Origin: Podarcis liolepis
Taxonomy: Eukaryota
NCBI GenBank assembly: GCA_965112155.1
Contig: OZ218100.1
DNA length: 64,000 nucleotides
Reading direction: 5' to 3' (one strand)
Positions 24,453 through 37,760 of this stretch are shown piece by piece (positions within the stretch are counted from its first letter, which is position 1; each line of letters starts with the position of its first letter). The notes under the pieces are model-generated. The model saw only the letters and a list, made by a program, of their open reading frames with translations, was not told where the DNA came from and did not search any database. A program made the translations under genes and the position numbers.

Positions 24453-25302
24453 TGTCAAAGCCCCAAGCCACCCCCATGAGAATAAAGACCAGTGGCGTAG
24501 CGTGGGTTGTCAGCACCCGGGGCAAGGCAAGTAATTTGCGCCCCCTAACCCATGGATTTGCGCACCCTAATCCTAACCCCCAGATGTTGCGCCCGGTGCG
24601 GCCGGCCCCCCCTGCACCCCCACGCTACACCACTGATAAAGACACAAGGACACAGAATTCTAGGTTAATGTTAACGGGCAAAATTTCGGCCACAACTTTA
24701 TTGGTTACAGAACGTGAGCAGTATTGGCTTAGACATTGGCATCAACAGACTATACAGTATCTGACTCCTGCCCGCCTTGCAGGGAATCTGGTACGGGTAA
24801 ACCACCAGTAGGGGGAGCCCCACTGATGTGGATTGACTTGAGCATCCCTGGGTTCCCACTGGGGTCGTGGCATGGCCCTAGTCCCTCCCCGGGCTTCAAA
24901 CGAGATCCACACCCCCGGATTCCTTTAATGGAATACCCTGGAGCATGGAGGGGCCAAGCGGCCAGTGCCAATTTGCCAAGTGGAAAAAGTCCTACCAGGC
25001 CCTCAACGGCGACCAACTGAAGTCCATAGCAAGGCCAGTGACGCAACCTGAACAAAGGGTGGGAGGGCGGGAGATCCGTGGCACAAGGCTGAAAGGGGGT
25101 GATTCAGCGTCGCACTGTGGTTTCAATTGGCCCTGGGCACGCCCCCCCCCCAGCTGCCTGATTGGCTGCTTGGCTAACTGGCGCAGCCGGGCCTCCCCAG
25201 GGTAAGGTGGGACACAGTCCTGCCCCCCACGCTGAGTGGGGAGGCTTGGCGGCTCACCCGCAAAGTGTCTCCACAACGAGGTGGAGCCAATTTCTCAATA
25301 CA
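24453..25302 (-). mobile_element. Young solo LTR with a nested MITE
   Basis: TG...CA ends, minus-strand CCAAT (~25160) and AATAAA (~24700), CpG-rich; GCATGTCA repeated at both junctions. Confidence 0.65.
24490..24635. mobile_element. Young hAT MITE (same family as 61488-61644)
   Basis: TIR CAGTGGCGTAGCGTGGG; perfect TSD ATAAAGAC. Confidence 0.9.
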
Positions 25303-25479
25303 GCATGTCACATAGGGAGTCATCTCTCAAACTATCTTAACGTTTCTTGTGGCAGCTCACTGTTCAGATCATTGTTCTGTTCTGACACTGTTTCTGATTA
25401 GCTCCAGGAAATCTCGCAAGATATTGCAACACTTAGATGTGCTATAGTCCGTATAAGTACAATTTATAAATCGCTAAAA

Positions 25480-25740
25480 GGCTTGGGGTGCAAATATTTA
25501 AAGAAGCACCTCACCCTCCACCTTCTGCCCTGGTCTCTGAGATCTGCAGGCAAGGTCTTTCTTGTGGTTTTGCCACTAGACATGGGTTGTTGTGTGGTGA
25601 CTCAGTTCAGGAGCTTCTCTGTTGTGGCACCCATTTGTGCAGATCCCTACCCCTGGAATCGTATCAGGTTTCTTCTTTAGCTTTCATCATCAACTTAAGA
25701 CACATCTATCCAACAGGCTTTTGGAACATTATGTTGTTTC
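25480..25740 (+). mobile_element. Old L2 fragment
   Basis: Similar to the L2 3' region at 61780-62030. Confidence 0.5.
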
Positions 25741-25834
25741 ACTTTGGGGTACTTAAAGAGATTTTTTTTCTGCTCTTGTATTATGATGATGATGATGTAT
25801 AAATGTTTGTTATTATTTCTATTGTATCACAGTA

Positions 25835-25949
25835 CAGTCATACCTCGTGTTACGTTTGCTTCACGTTGTGGCTTTCCAGGTTACGAACGTGGCAAACCCG
25901 GAAGTGTTTACCCCGAAACAGATCGCGTTCGTAAGCAGAGGTACCACTG
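25835..25949. mobile_element. Short Tigger-like MITE
   Basis: TA|CAGTCATACCTC...GAGGTACCACTG|TA. Confidence 0.75.
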
Positions 25950-25975
25950 TATGCAAGGATATTGTTTTGTATTTG

Positions 25976-26507
25976 ATTCACAGAATCATGTAATTGTAGA
26001 GTTGGAAGGGACCCCGAGAGTCATCTAGTCCAACCACTTGCAATACAGTAATCCTAACTAAAGCATTCATGACAGATGGCCATCCAACCTCTGCTTAAAA
26101 AACGTCCAAGGAAGGAGAGTCTCGTGGGAGTTTGTTCCACTGCCTGGACAGCTCTTACTGCCAGAAAATTCTTCCTGATTTTTAGTCAGAATCTCCTTTC
26201 TTGTGACTTGAATCAATTGGTTTGGGTCCTAGCAGGAGAAAACAAGCTTGCTCCATCTTCCAGGGGACAGCCCTTTAGAAATTTGAAAATGGCAAACGTA
26301 TCTCCTCTCTGTCTCTTCTTTTCCAGGCTAAACATACTCAACTCCCTTAAGTGTTCCTCATAAGGCTTGGTTTCCAAACCCTTGATCATCTTGGTTGCCC
26401 TCCTCTGCACACATTCCAGATTGTCCATATCCTTCTTAAATTGTGGCACCCAGAAATGGACACAGTACTCCAGGTGTGGTCTGACCAAGGCAGGGTAGAG
26501 TGGTACT
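25976..26507 (-). mobile_element. CR1 LINE 3' fragment
   Basis: [39 protein letters not shown] (CR1 ORF2 C-terminus); ATTCTGTG-type tail. Confidence 0.92.
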
Positions 26508-26728
26508 AGGGTTGAAATGGCTCTCTTAGCCACTGTACAAATAAAGGCAACAGTCCAAAACTATACGTTAGGGCTGCCAAGCTTTTGGCTACATACATTT
26601 TGTTCGTTAAGACACATAGAAGAAGTAAAGCAATGTTAGAGTTGAAAGGCAAAGTCAGGGTTGAAAGGCAAAGGTTGTAGTCTCTGGAAGGGAAGGACAG
26701 TAGCCGGGAAGGCATTATGTGAGATATA

Positions 26729-27095
26729 AGGTAAAGGTAAAGGTAAAGGTAAAGGGGCCCCTGACTATTAGGTCCAGTCATGACTGACTCTGGGGTTGCG
26801 GCGCTCATCTCGCTTTACTGGCCAAGGAAACCAGCATACAGCTTCTGGGTCATGTGGCTAGCATGACTAAGCCGCTTCTGGCGAACCAGAGCAGTGCACG
26901 AAAATGACGTTTACCTTCCCGCCCGAGCAGTACCTATTTATTTACTTGCACTTTGATGTGCTTTCGAACTGCTAGGTTGGCAGGAGCAGGGACTGAGCAA
27001 CAGGAGCTCACCCCATCGCGGGGATTAGAACTGCCAACCTTCTGATCGGCAAATCCTAGGCTCTGTGATTTAACCCACAGCGCCACCCGTGTCCC
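26729..27095 (-). mobile_element. Sauria SINE (Squam1)
   Basis: GGGACACGGGTGGCGCTGTGG head, (ACCTTT)n tail, TSD TATGTGAGATATA/TAAGTGAGATTTA. Confidence 0.93.
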
Positions 27096-27955
27096 TAAGT
27101 GAGATTTAGTCTGCACCAATTGTACAAAATGTGCACCACTTTAACAGGCATTCTGTTTCATGTCAGCAATAGGAAGCAGAGCACAAACAGTGGTATTTCA
27201 ACAATAGCAGTCTGGTCTATGCCCCTCTCTTTCCTGTAGAGGACCATATTGGAGAGGAACCTAGCGTAGGTACAGCCAAAGGAGATAAACAGAGGATAAA
27301 AAGCAAAGAGGTATGCCACCAAGACATACTTTGCCCCATATCCACACACACAGAGGCTGTATATGCTGTATCTGTCACACAGCAGAGAATAACCCCTTGG
27401 CATGTCAGCACACCCGGAAGAGAGGAAGGATCTATGACCTCACTGCCTGGATAGTGTTGAAACTAAATTTATTTCCTGTTCCAGCAACGCAAGTTTATCA
27501 CAGACTATTGGACTACAGCACTGTCTATGCTATCACTTTTATTGTGCTGGCCCTGCATCACTGATGCAAATAGTCTGCTGAACATCCTCCTCTGACTCCG
27601 TGCAGCTTTCCCTCCCACCCTCTCCAAACTTGTTCTGGGCAGTGCATGCCAGAGTCAAGCTGGCTCCAGCTAGTTCCCATTGTTCACACTGTTTTCATGT
27701 CAAGTGCATGACAGAGATCTCTTTTTTTGCCAGAACAGACCCTGAAAGCATGCTTGCTGTCTTCGGCAAAACAACTCTCTAACTCTTCACAAGACTGGGA
27801 AAGAGGCAGAGTTCTTGGGGGGGGGGGGAGCTTTGATGCTAAGCAGTAATGACTTTAATAACTCGTAGGAAGCCTTAAATATGTGAAGGAGCTTCTCCAA
27901 CAACTGAACTTACAACACCAGAGAAAGTCTGTTTACCCAGCATAAGGAAGCCTTA

Positions 27956-27957
<2 letters not shown>

Positions 27958-28005
<48 letters not shown>
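27958..28005. repeat. (GT)n microsatellite
   Basis: Direct reading. Confidence 0.95.
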
Positions 28006-28007
<2 letters not shown>

Positions 28008-28604
28008 CTACTCAAGATAGTATACTTTGTGTCCACTTAATGTAGTTAAGAGAATTAACTGTCATTTCCCAGTTCCTGTATTTGAAAATTAATGCCAATT
28101 TCCTAGCAGTTTTAAATATAAATGTTATTGTCATAAAATAGTGCAGTCCTTTTTTATGAACTCATCCACAAAGTATCATGGATAATTACGGCAAAGTCAC
28201 ACACAGGAGAATCTCAGTACGTTGTTCCGTATATATGAGCAGCTCAAACACTATCTCTAAACACTATGCAGGGAGGGGCAGTTCTTGCCTGTGTACATCT
28301 AACCAGCTATTCAACTCACATAATGTAGTGTAATTCTGTACAGTGAAACATCTTTCTAGCTTATTTCTGTGCAGTGAAACATTCTAGTTTTGAAGGCATC
28401 TCTATAATCATTTTAATTTTGTCTCAATTATTTCTTCCCATGTTTGAAACAATGTGCAAGACTAGTACTTGTGAAAATGAAGTAGATTTAAAGGGTACAA
28501 TTCATTACAGGCTCTCTTGGTCTAAGATTCATATTTTAAATTGTGCATGTCCCAAACTACATACTCTGTTTTAGAACTACAGGAGGAATGCAGACAGAAG
28601 AATT

Positions 28605-28755
28605 GTCATGGACACCTTCATCTGCCCACCTGCACATCTGTCTCCCATATCGGTCTCTACAACCACAGCATGTGCTGTATCTCTTCAACGATTTGACTTT
28701 ACCCCAAAAGGTGCACTCTTCCATTGTCTCTTACGACAGAGGGTTGCCAGCAATG
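28605..28755 (+). mobile_element. RTE LINE 3' end fragment
   Basis: DTFICP..IGLYNHS-like coding end followed by a CCATTGTCTC..GACAGAGG tail. Confidence 0.65.
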
Positions 28756-28804
28756 TTCTCATGAGCAAAGTGTTCATTTTGAAGGGGAATCTCCTTATGT
28801 TATA

Positions 28805-29163
28805 GGGACACGGGTGGCGCTGTGGGTTAAACCACAGAGCCTAGGACTTGCCAATCACAAGGTCGGCAGTTCAAATCCCCTCGATGGGGTGAGCTCCCGT
28901 TGCTCGGTCCCTGCTCCTGCCAACCTAGCAGTTTGAAAGCACATCAAAGTGCAATTAGATAAATAGGTACCGCTCCGGCGGGAAGGTAAACGGCATTTCT
29001 GTGCGCTGCTCTGGTTCGCCAGAAGCGGCTTAGTCATGCTGGCCACATGACCCGGAAGCTGTACGCCGGCTCCCTCGGCCAATAATGCGAGATGAGCACC
29101 GCAACCCCAGAGTCGTCCATGACTGGACCTAATGGTCAGGGGTCCCTTTACCTTAACCTTACC
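28805..29163 (+). mobile_element. Sauria SINE (Squam1)
   Basis: Full head to tail; CCTTATGTTA repeated on both flanks. Confidence 0.95.
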
Positions 29164-29323
29164 CCTTATGTTAGCATAAAGCTTTGCAGGTGTGCCTTAT
29201 TTAAGAATACCCTCAAGCTGCATAGCACTTTCTAAACTGACAATTTGATCAGCAAGCCAATTAGGATACAGCCAATGAAAATATAGCTTTAAAGTCTGGA
29301 AGCCACCTCTGTACTGTCTAGTT

Positions 29324-29458
29324 CAGGCAACCCAAACTCGACCCTCCAGCTGTTTTTGGCCTACAACTCCCATCATCCCTAGCTAACAGGACCAGTGGTC
29401 AGGGATGATGGGAACTGTAGTCCCAAAACAGCTGGAGGGCCGAGTTTGGGGGTGCCTG
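29324..29458. mobile_element. Palindromic hAT MITE
   Basis: Near-perfect hairpin; perfect TSD GTCTAGTT. Decayed relatives near 42760-43020, 46930-47055 and 53025-53150. Confidence 0.88.
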
Positions 29459-29684
29459 GTCTAGTTTCATGCTACTTCATTTAAACTGGAACCAGGTGGG
29501 ACAAATGATTACCTCCCACAGAGGCACTCTCCTGCTCCTGCCAAACTTACCAGGGGATCTTTGATGGTAAGTGAAACCCTCACCTTCCAAGAGAAAAGGG
29601 GATGTAGCTGACACAACCCCATGTGAACAACCTTCACATCCAGGAGTAAAACCAGATCCAAAATTACCTTCTATACTGAAAGTC

Positions 29685-29734
<50 letters not shown>
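29685..29734. repeat. (TTA)n microsatellite
   Basis: Direct reading. Confidence 0.95.
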
Positions 29735-30433
29735 TTGACAAGGAGAGGATGAAATTGCATCTAGAATATATCTTCAGTGGTGCAGTTAGGTAATTTTAGT
29801 CACTGGTCTTAACAGTCTTCCCACCTCTTTGGATGGCAATGTGTATTATTTCACTTACTTCAAAATGTTGTAAGCCAGTCTTGCTACATTATGGGGCTCA
29901 CCTGGAACCCTCTCCCAAAGTCTTGCCATGACACCACCACCACTGCATGCCACAAGCATTCCTGAATCACACTGACCACGATCTTCAGCATTTTGATTAT
30001 GTGCCTCCATCTAGCCCATAACGGTCTTCAAAGTTCTATTGAGGGAAACATTATTCCTGAATCCAAGCAGAATGGAAATAGAGCTAGGTGCCACCAGAAT
30101 GTTGATAACACTGCACTCCAAACATGCAGATGATCTTACCCAGTAGTTTCATGGTAGATATATTCCATTAAGGTTTGGTTTTGTGATATGCCATTTTTCC
30201 ACAGTGGAGTGTGCCCAGATCAAAACCAACAGGCCAGAGGCACTATCTTCTCAAGATGATTGAAGGGTCCCAACACAATATCCTGATGCAACACATGCAA
30301 TGCCACTAGGAGCTGAGGGTGGAGCGAAACACTCTCTTAACATTGAGAGCCCAGCCTCAAAAAACAAACAAACATGGGGTAGGGGACAAAAATACCTCAA
30401 GCCCTAAGAACTGGGGCCTATGCAACAGGCTAT

Positions 30434-30437
<4 letters not shown>

Positions 30438-30476
<39 letters not shown>
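30438..30476. repeat. (AC)n microsatellite
   Basis: Direct reading. Confidence 0.95.
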
Positions 30477-30478
<2 letters not shown>

Positions 30479-31862
30479 CATTGGTAGTCTTTCTAGCATC
30501 CAAGAGACCAAAGCAGCTGGCTTAAATACAGTTCAGATTATTTTGGGAGTGAGGTCTTATCACCAGGCTATGTGGTTCACAGCTGGCTCTCTCATCTCTC
30601 CTCCAAATAAGTTTGGTGGTGGTGGTGGCAGCAGCTGCTAAAAGAAGATGCTGAGGAACAGGCAATGGCAAGCTCTCTCCACACCCCACAGCCTCCTATG
30701 TCTTCTGTGCTTGTTTTACTGCCCTTTACAGCCAGCCAATGGGGGTGTAATACAGAAAAACAACATCTCATTTACACCATCTAAATAGCTGCTGGGTTGT
30801 GAAGGTGGATCAAAGTCGTCTGTGGCCTCCTTTTCTTTAAGAAAATTAATAACACTTCAGTAATAATTGATCAGACTGGAAACTTTAATACAACATGTTT
30901 TTTTCTGATACTTCAGTTCCTGCCCAATAAATTAAGGCTCTAGGTAGGAACATTAGGATGAAGGTTGTCTAAGCTACCTTACTATAATATTTTAAAAGGC
31001 TCTGCCAATTAACGTCACTACTTCACTGTAATGTAAGTACTTTTCCAACCAGGTCAAGTCTTCCCCATCAATACAATTATTCTATAGTAATGCAGTAAAC
31101 AGTTCCTGCAGTCAACTTGTTTGGAGGTTTGCAGCTTATATAACCCAGGAAATGAAGTCATTATACATGGTGGTAGGGGACCTGCCTATAATATTCAGTT
31201 TCCTGATTTCTAAAAGAGACAAGGACTTCAGACATGCTAAAAATCCACAAGCAATGACAATGACAATTCTTTTTTAAAGGGGGAAAAAGAATGCAGAATA
31301 AATAATCTTACATCTTATTTTATTTAGTTTAAGTGTCAGGTAATGGTATGAATGTCTCATATGATTTTGAGCTATTTACTTATACTTTATTTATTAAATT
31401 TATAATAACTTTAGTAACTACTAACCTGGGGAAAAGGTTTCATGTGGAATTAATTTTTGCTGCTACATCCCACACTCCTAGCTGAGCTTATTTACACAGC
31501 AAAGAGCCCTGGATTTTCTACAGGTCTCCATTTGCTCCTCTCCCAGTTTTCCCAAGTCTGCCTGCCCGTTACTTCCTTGCCTCCAGCAGCATCCTGGCCA
31601 ATCTTTCTGCCCTGATTCCCTGAAAGCATGATTTTGCTAGCTCTGACAAGATCAGGGATTTCTCACAGCAGAACCTGGTTTACAGAGCCACTAAGCCCAT
31701 GTGATTAGCCCATCTAGGAGACTGAAGTATACACACAAACACACATTCATCACAGCCTCAGTGGATGGAATCACAAAGAAGCATTTCACATGTGGTTTTG
31801 AGTGTGTGAAGGGAACCTTGCTGCGCCATAAATGAGATAAAGCTACAGCTACTAAATCTACA

Positions 31863-32650
31863 CTTTGTATCTTTTCAAAAGAACACCACTTGGCGCCAAA
31901 ACTTATCTGAGATCCTGGTTAGATACACCCTACCGGAGTTTAATATCCTCAAACGGTGGAGCCCGGACAAAGTCCAGAAATGGATCCTGGAGAGAGACGC
32001 TCTGTTAGATACCACAAAAATACAGATCCCAGGGTCCTCCCACTGGTTTCCCCGACTGAAAGCAGTCAAAATCTGCGCCAATTACTTGGCGAATATCACC
32101 AATCCCACTCTTCGGAGAGCCTTTACTATGGCCCGTTTTCAAACCATTCCTACGGCCTATCTGTCAGGCAGATATGCAAAAATCCCAGTAGAGCAGCGTA
32201 TATGTCCTTGTTATATGAGAACCAAAGAGGATCTCATACATTACATGTTGTATTGTCCCATCTATTCGGCCTTCAGGGATGCGATGTTACAAACTATTCC
32301 CAAATCAATAGTCAACTCTGAGGACCAAGTAAAGTTTTTACTGGTGGACGCTGATCCACGGATTTCTCACGTGGTAGCGGTCTTTGTGGTGAAGGCTATG
32401 AAAACTAGGGTATGGTTCCTGGATGAAACGGTGAGGTCCCTCCCATTGCTCTCCTAACCTGTTGTTGTATCTTCTTCCCTGAATGGTGGGGTTTATTGGG
32501 CAGTTTCCTTGCTGGGACAGCATGGCATGAATTTTAGCTTACTTTTATAATCTTATTGTTTATCTTTTAATAATGTTTTATGGTATTTTGTGTAAAGGCA
32601 TGGACCTCACAAATTTAATAAATTTGTTGTTGTTGTATTTGTTGTTGTTG
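31863..32650 (+). mobile_element. Young 5'-truncated RTEX-like LINE
   Basis: Open frame 31864-32457 with RRAFTMARF..RICPC..EDLIHYMLYC zinc-knuckle C-terminus; AATAAA plus (TTG)n tail; 13-bp TSD TACTAAATCTACA at 31850 and 32651. Confidence 0.8.
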
Positions 32651-35279
32651 TACTAAATCTACATTCACGACGCACCAAATTCACTGAATCAATTGATGAA
32701 ACCTTTTAAAATCAGGGACTGCCAAACATTTATGCCAAGCCTTGTTTGGAATTTCAGATTCTATATGATGCTGGGAATAGGGCAGCACAGCCAAGGCAGG
32801 ATTAAACCCTGTTCTCCCACCCACTTGCTGTTGTCACCAGTGATTTCAGCTGATGGGCAGGTGGCCATGGTTTGGGGGAAATGACCTGGGGGGCCAAGAT
32901 TGGACCTGGGGCTGGAGGTTCACACTCCTGCTTTCAAAACACAAGGCTTCCCCCAAAGAATCTCAGGAATTGTAGTTTGTTATGGGTGCTGGCAATTCTA
33001 ACTCTGTGAGGTCTAAAATACTGTTCCTAGGATTCTGTGGAGGAAGCCGTGAGTGTTAAGCAGTATAAAAGTGCTTTAAATATGTGGTGTGGATGTGAGT
33101 CAAAGGTTCTGGCATGAGTTTGAATCCACACCATAAAATATTGACAGTCTTTGTCTGCTTTTTCTTGAACATATTCCGTATGCTTTCCCCAAGATATCAG
33201 AAATGTATTGCTATTGAAGAAAGCATCCAAAAAAAACCTCCCCCAGTCACCAAATATAGATCACAAAATTGTAGGCAGAATATTAAATCACTCTATTAAT
33301 TTATATCTAAGGCTAAATCCACAGTAGAGTGACTGGTGCCATAAAAACAGCTGGTAAATACTCTTGAAAGTATTTTGGCCAAAGGGTTTTTGTGAGAATT
33401 TCACTCTCTCTAAATGTGCTTCTAGACAATCTGTTTATTGAGCATTCATCCTGGTTTGTTTGCTGGGAGGTTTGGTGATGTTGATTATTTAGTAAGCATT
33501 CATTCCCATTTGTTTTCAGGGAGATGAGATGACATTCTGTCAAGTGTTATCCCACATTTCCAGTGCAATTTCCCATCACTTCCTTTTTAAAAAAAATCCT
33601 GTCTTTGGGGAAAGTGGGTTTGTTGCACAAGAGCTCCCAATCAACTATAACCATGTGACCCAAATTTGTTGGTATGTGATTGAATCCCACCCCAAAATAG
33701 TGACAGCCTGGAAGTGCCCTAGGAAAATCTATTTTCAATTCCAAGATGTTAAGCTCTCATTTTCAAAAGGAAAAAGGGGGCCATTTGACTCATAAATGTT
33801 AAAGTTCGTTTGTTCACAGGTCTTACCCAGAGGATAACTGAAAATCTTAGCTTTGTATGAATGAACCAAAATACACCCAAATATGGATTGGAAAAATGTC
33901 TGGAAGTACAAGCATCAAACAAGGAGTTGCTGAGAATTTCTAACTCTCAAGATAGCTGCCAAGTCAATTGCTGACTGAATCTAGATTGTCATCCAGCTGA
34001 CTCATCCATTCTGACTTATCCTTCAGTTCCGTCTTGTTGGGAAGCTCTTCTCCCCTCTCCCCCTTACTGCTGCAAACATTCCTGGAGGTAAAAAATGTTT
34101 TGACAGAAAAAGTGGGGTGGTATGTTGGAAGTGCCTCATGCTTCTTCTTCCAGCTACCCTTGGAATGCTTTTGTTTTCTATTTGCAAATGTTACTAATTC
34201 CCAATATAGCAATACAATGAAGCACAGAGATCAGGTCTATCCTCTCCCTCCCAAATATTCTCTTCCCCTCCCATAAGTCAATGTCCCTTTAACAACAGAA
34301 ACAGCCAAAAAAAGACAGGGAGTGACAGTAAAGGGAGGTTGCGAAGGGGGAGTATGTGGCTAAATGTGGTCAAGCCAGGATTGCACTTTTGGGTTTCAGC
34401 ACAGTTTGTTTTGGTCCCTTGTTTAAACAACTCCAAAAACCCATTCATGCCTATTCAGTGTTTCGCATCTGTTATGCACATTTTCCCCCACTATTGCTGG
34501 ACCCAACACATCCTCTGTACAACATTCTGTTCCATTTTGGAATTCTTGGACACAGGCATCTTTGAAGTCCAAGAGTCACTTTGAGGTCGTGATGGACAAA
34601 TCAGTTCATTTCAGTTTTGCATTTTCCCAATCTTCAGTTCAGTTCACCGAAATCCACACCAGGGTGTGAATTTTTATTTTTGTTAAGTCTGCACAAAGAA
34701 TTGCATGCACTTTCATGCTTTTCTCCTAATTTATGTTCACAGTTCTGCCTAATACACACATTTTTGAAGTCTTTTTATTACATACATTTTTAAAGCTTTT
34801 AAAATGTTATATGTAAACACTGTATTATAATGTCTGAGAAGTAGTTTTTTAATGTATTTAACTATTATGAATATACACTTTGGGGGCAAGCAATATTCCC
34901 CAATGTGATGCATTTTGGCATGTTATTTCCATGAATGTACATGTTTGGACACACTTTCTCCTAATATATGCATGCTTGTATGCATTATTTGATTATTTGA
35001 TGTACAATATTATATGGAGTTCCTTTCAGAAGAGTCTATTATCACAGTAATACTGAATAGATTTCAGCTGAGACTCATCTTTCTATTATTCCAAACACAC
35101 AAGGAAATTTTTAACACATAACTACCTCTGCATGTAGTTCCCAAAGTTCCATCTCTGACAATAAAAAGCCCGTAATGGGATTTCTCTATATATTTCTGTT
35201 CTATATTTCTGTTCTGTCAACTGATCTCTAATGGATTCATAAACCAATATACAATAGCTACCATCTACACAGCCATATA

Positions 35280-35531
35280 CAGTGGTACATTGGTTTAAGA
35301 ACAGCTTAGGTTATGAACAACTTGGATTAAGAACGCTGCAAACCCAGAAGTAGGTGTTTTGTTTTGTGAACTTTGCCTTGGAAGCAGAACATGTTTCACT
35401 TCCTGTTGAGTGTGTTCCATTTGTAAATTGAGTCCCCCACTGCTATGGAAAAGCACACCTTGGTTTAAGAATGCTTTGGTTTAAGAATGGACTTCCGGAA
35501 CGGATTAAGTTCATAAACCAAGGTACCACTG
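35280..35531. mobile_element. Tigger-like MITE
   Basis: TA|CAGTGGTAC...GGTACCACTG|TA. Confidence 0.85.
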
Positions 35532-35551
35532 TACTACAAAAATTCTTACTA

Positions 35552-35779
35552 CAATGGTACCTCTGGTTATGAACTTAATTCGTTCCGGAGGTCCATTCAT
35601 AACTGGAAACCACTCGTAACATGAGGCACGCTTTCACTAACGATGCCTCCCGCTGCTGCCAGAGCGCAACTTCCGCTCACATCACGGGGCAAATTTCGCA
35701 ACAAGGGGCATCCAAGTTAGCAGAGTGCGTAACTCAAAGTGTTTGTAAGGAGGACGGTACATAACATGAGGTACCACTG
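35552..35779. mobile_element. Tigger-like MITE, 20 bp from the previous one
   Basis: TA|CAATGGTACCTC...GAGGTACCACTG|TA. Confidence 0.85.
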
Positions 35780-35904
35780 TAAGTTCATTTCAGCCATCTA
35801 TTTTTTGCGTGTAAGGTCACATACGATAATCTTAACCTTTCCCCTAAAATTATGTATCTCTTACAGCAGAAGCCTATGCATCAGCAAATACCAGTGTGCT
35901 CAAT

Positions 35905-36302
35905 GAGGTTTGTGGTTGGCATCCATCTGTGTGCACCTCCAGGGCTGAAGTCAAACTGTTGGAGAGTTACAGCTTCAGCTGTGGGTATAAAAACCGATAC
36001 TGGAGAGACATGTTTTGTTGCAGCTGGGGCAGATGAAGGCATCCACTTGTGCTGATGGAGGTGTACTATGGCATTTCTTTTTTCTATGCTTCTCCCAGAG
36101 GATATTCCTCCTCTGGTCACTGCTCTGGATACACAATCTAACTCTTTCTCCAGGATCTGCAGCTGTCTGCAAGGGATTCCCACACAGTGAAGTTAACATT
36201 GCTAGCCTACACGTCACAATTGCAGACATCTTTGTTATGTAGAGTTTGTCCGACAATGGGCCTGGTACCTGAAGCCAGCTCTCTGTAGATCATGTCCTTG
36301 GG
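35905..36302 (-). mobile_element. Decayed RTE LINE 3' fragment
   Basis: PKDMIYRELASGTRP... and AFICPSCNKTCLSSIGFYTHS motifs. Confidence 0.75.
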
Positions 36303-37050
36303 GTTTATTCCCTAATAAATGTGTTTTTAGAACTACAAGTTTAATTTTATTTTCATAGCCGAAAACAGCAATAAGAAATGTTTATCTCAGAAGCATCAGA
36401 AAGGTACAAACTAGAATAATGTGTTTCCCTGTGGTCCTTGAGCAAATGCTTTCAATATTTTTTCCTTCAAGCAAAAAAAGAACAAAAAAGGCTACATGTT
36501 ACTTTGGAACAGACATTTTAACTCTCATTTTCAACTTCAACTGAAGTTTAAGCATGAAACAACACAATGAAGGGATTAAGTTATCATGGGAATTACTGAC
36601 AAGATAATCAACTTCCAGGAGTTTGTCATCCTCAGTAGCAGCTTTGAAGCTTCACAAAAATCACTGCACTTCTCAAAGGAAGCCATGTACTGATAGACAC
36701 ACCCACTGCTAGAAAGCCACCTACTCCTCTAAGCCACCCCCACCAACAGAGCCTGGCAGATTAAGAACTGAGGCCAGCCAGAACCTGGTAGCACATTCAG
36801 CAATTGCAGGGGCTCACAAGCTCCCTGTTCCCCAAGCAATACTATCCGCTCATGAAATCAGGCCACTACAGATGAACCTAAGAATCCAAATTACCACTGT
36901 GCCACAATAAGAATGGAGAAAATAAACTACATGTAGAACAAACACATCAAAGAAGGAAACCAAGCCATATATTTAATGATCACAGAATTAAGCGTGTCAA
37001 GGGTTTTCTAAATAACATGTACCCATAAAGATGGGGAGCATTACCTATAA

Positions 37051-37342
37051 CGGGGTGGGCAACCTAAGGCCCATGGGCCACAAGCAGCCCACAGGGGTCG
37101 TTTAACTGGCCCACGAGCCGCCCCTGAACTGAACCGCCCACTCAACGAGTCCCTGTGTATTGCACTAAACCGGCGCAGTGCAGCATGGGGACTAGCTTCC
37201 ACAGTGGCGGAAATCATGGCGGCGCATGCTCAGATGCTGGAAATCATGGCTGCACCTGCTCATGCACACAAGCAATCTGGCCCACAGAGGGATCTCCGCT
37301 GGAGTGAACTGGCCCAGGCGAGGCAAACCTTGCCGACCCCTG
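37051..37342. mobile_element. hAT MITE
   Basis: CGGGGTGGGCAAC / TTGCCGACCCCTG; perfect TSD ACCTATAA. Confidence 0.85.
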
Positions 37343-37400
37343 ACCTATAAGTACAAAGACGTGGAGGACGTCTGTGAACAAGTCATAGCTCAGTGGTTAG

Positions 37401-37760
37401 GGAAGGTCAACAAAAGAGGTTTAAAGACTGTCTCAAGGCAAATCTAAAAAAATGTAGTATAAACACTGACAACTGGGAAACTGGCCTGCGAGTGCTCCAG
37501 TTGGAGAACAGCCTTTAGCAAAGGTGTCATGGGCTTTGAAGACACTCGAACTCAGGACGCAAGGGAGAAACAAGCTAAGAGGAAGGCACGTTTGGCAAAT
37601 CTACATTGTGATCAACTCCTGGCCAGAAACCAATGTCCCTGCTGTGGAAGGACATGTGGATCCAGAATTGGCCTCCACAGTCACTTATGGACTCATTGTT
37701 AAAACCATGTTTATGGAAGACAATCTTCCTCGGCTACGAGTGATCGCCAAAGAAGAAGAA
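37401..37760 (+). mobile_element. RTE LINE 3' fragment inserted into a tRNA-derived SINE (host ~37381-37899)
   Basis: GQQKRFKDCLKANLKKC..CGRTCGSRIGLHSH and a (GAA)n tail. Host A box TAGCTCAGTGG lies left, B box GGTTCAGTC right. Confidence 0.85.
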
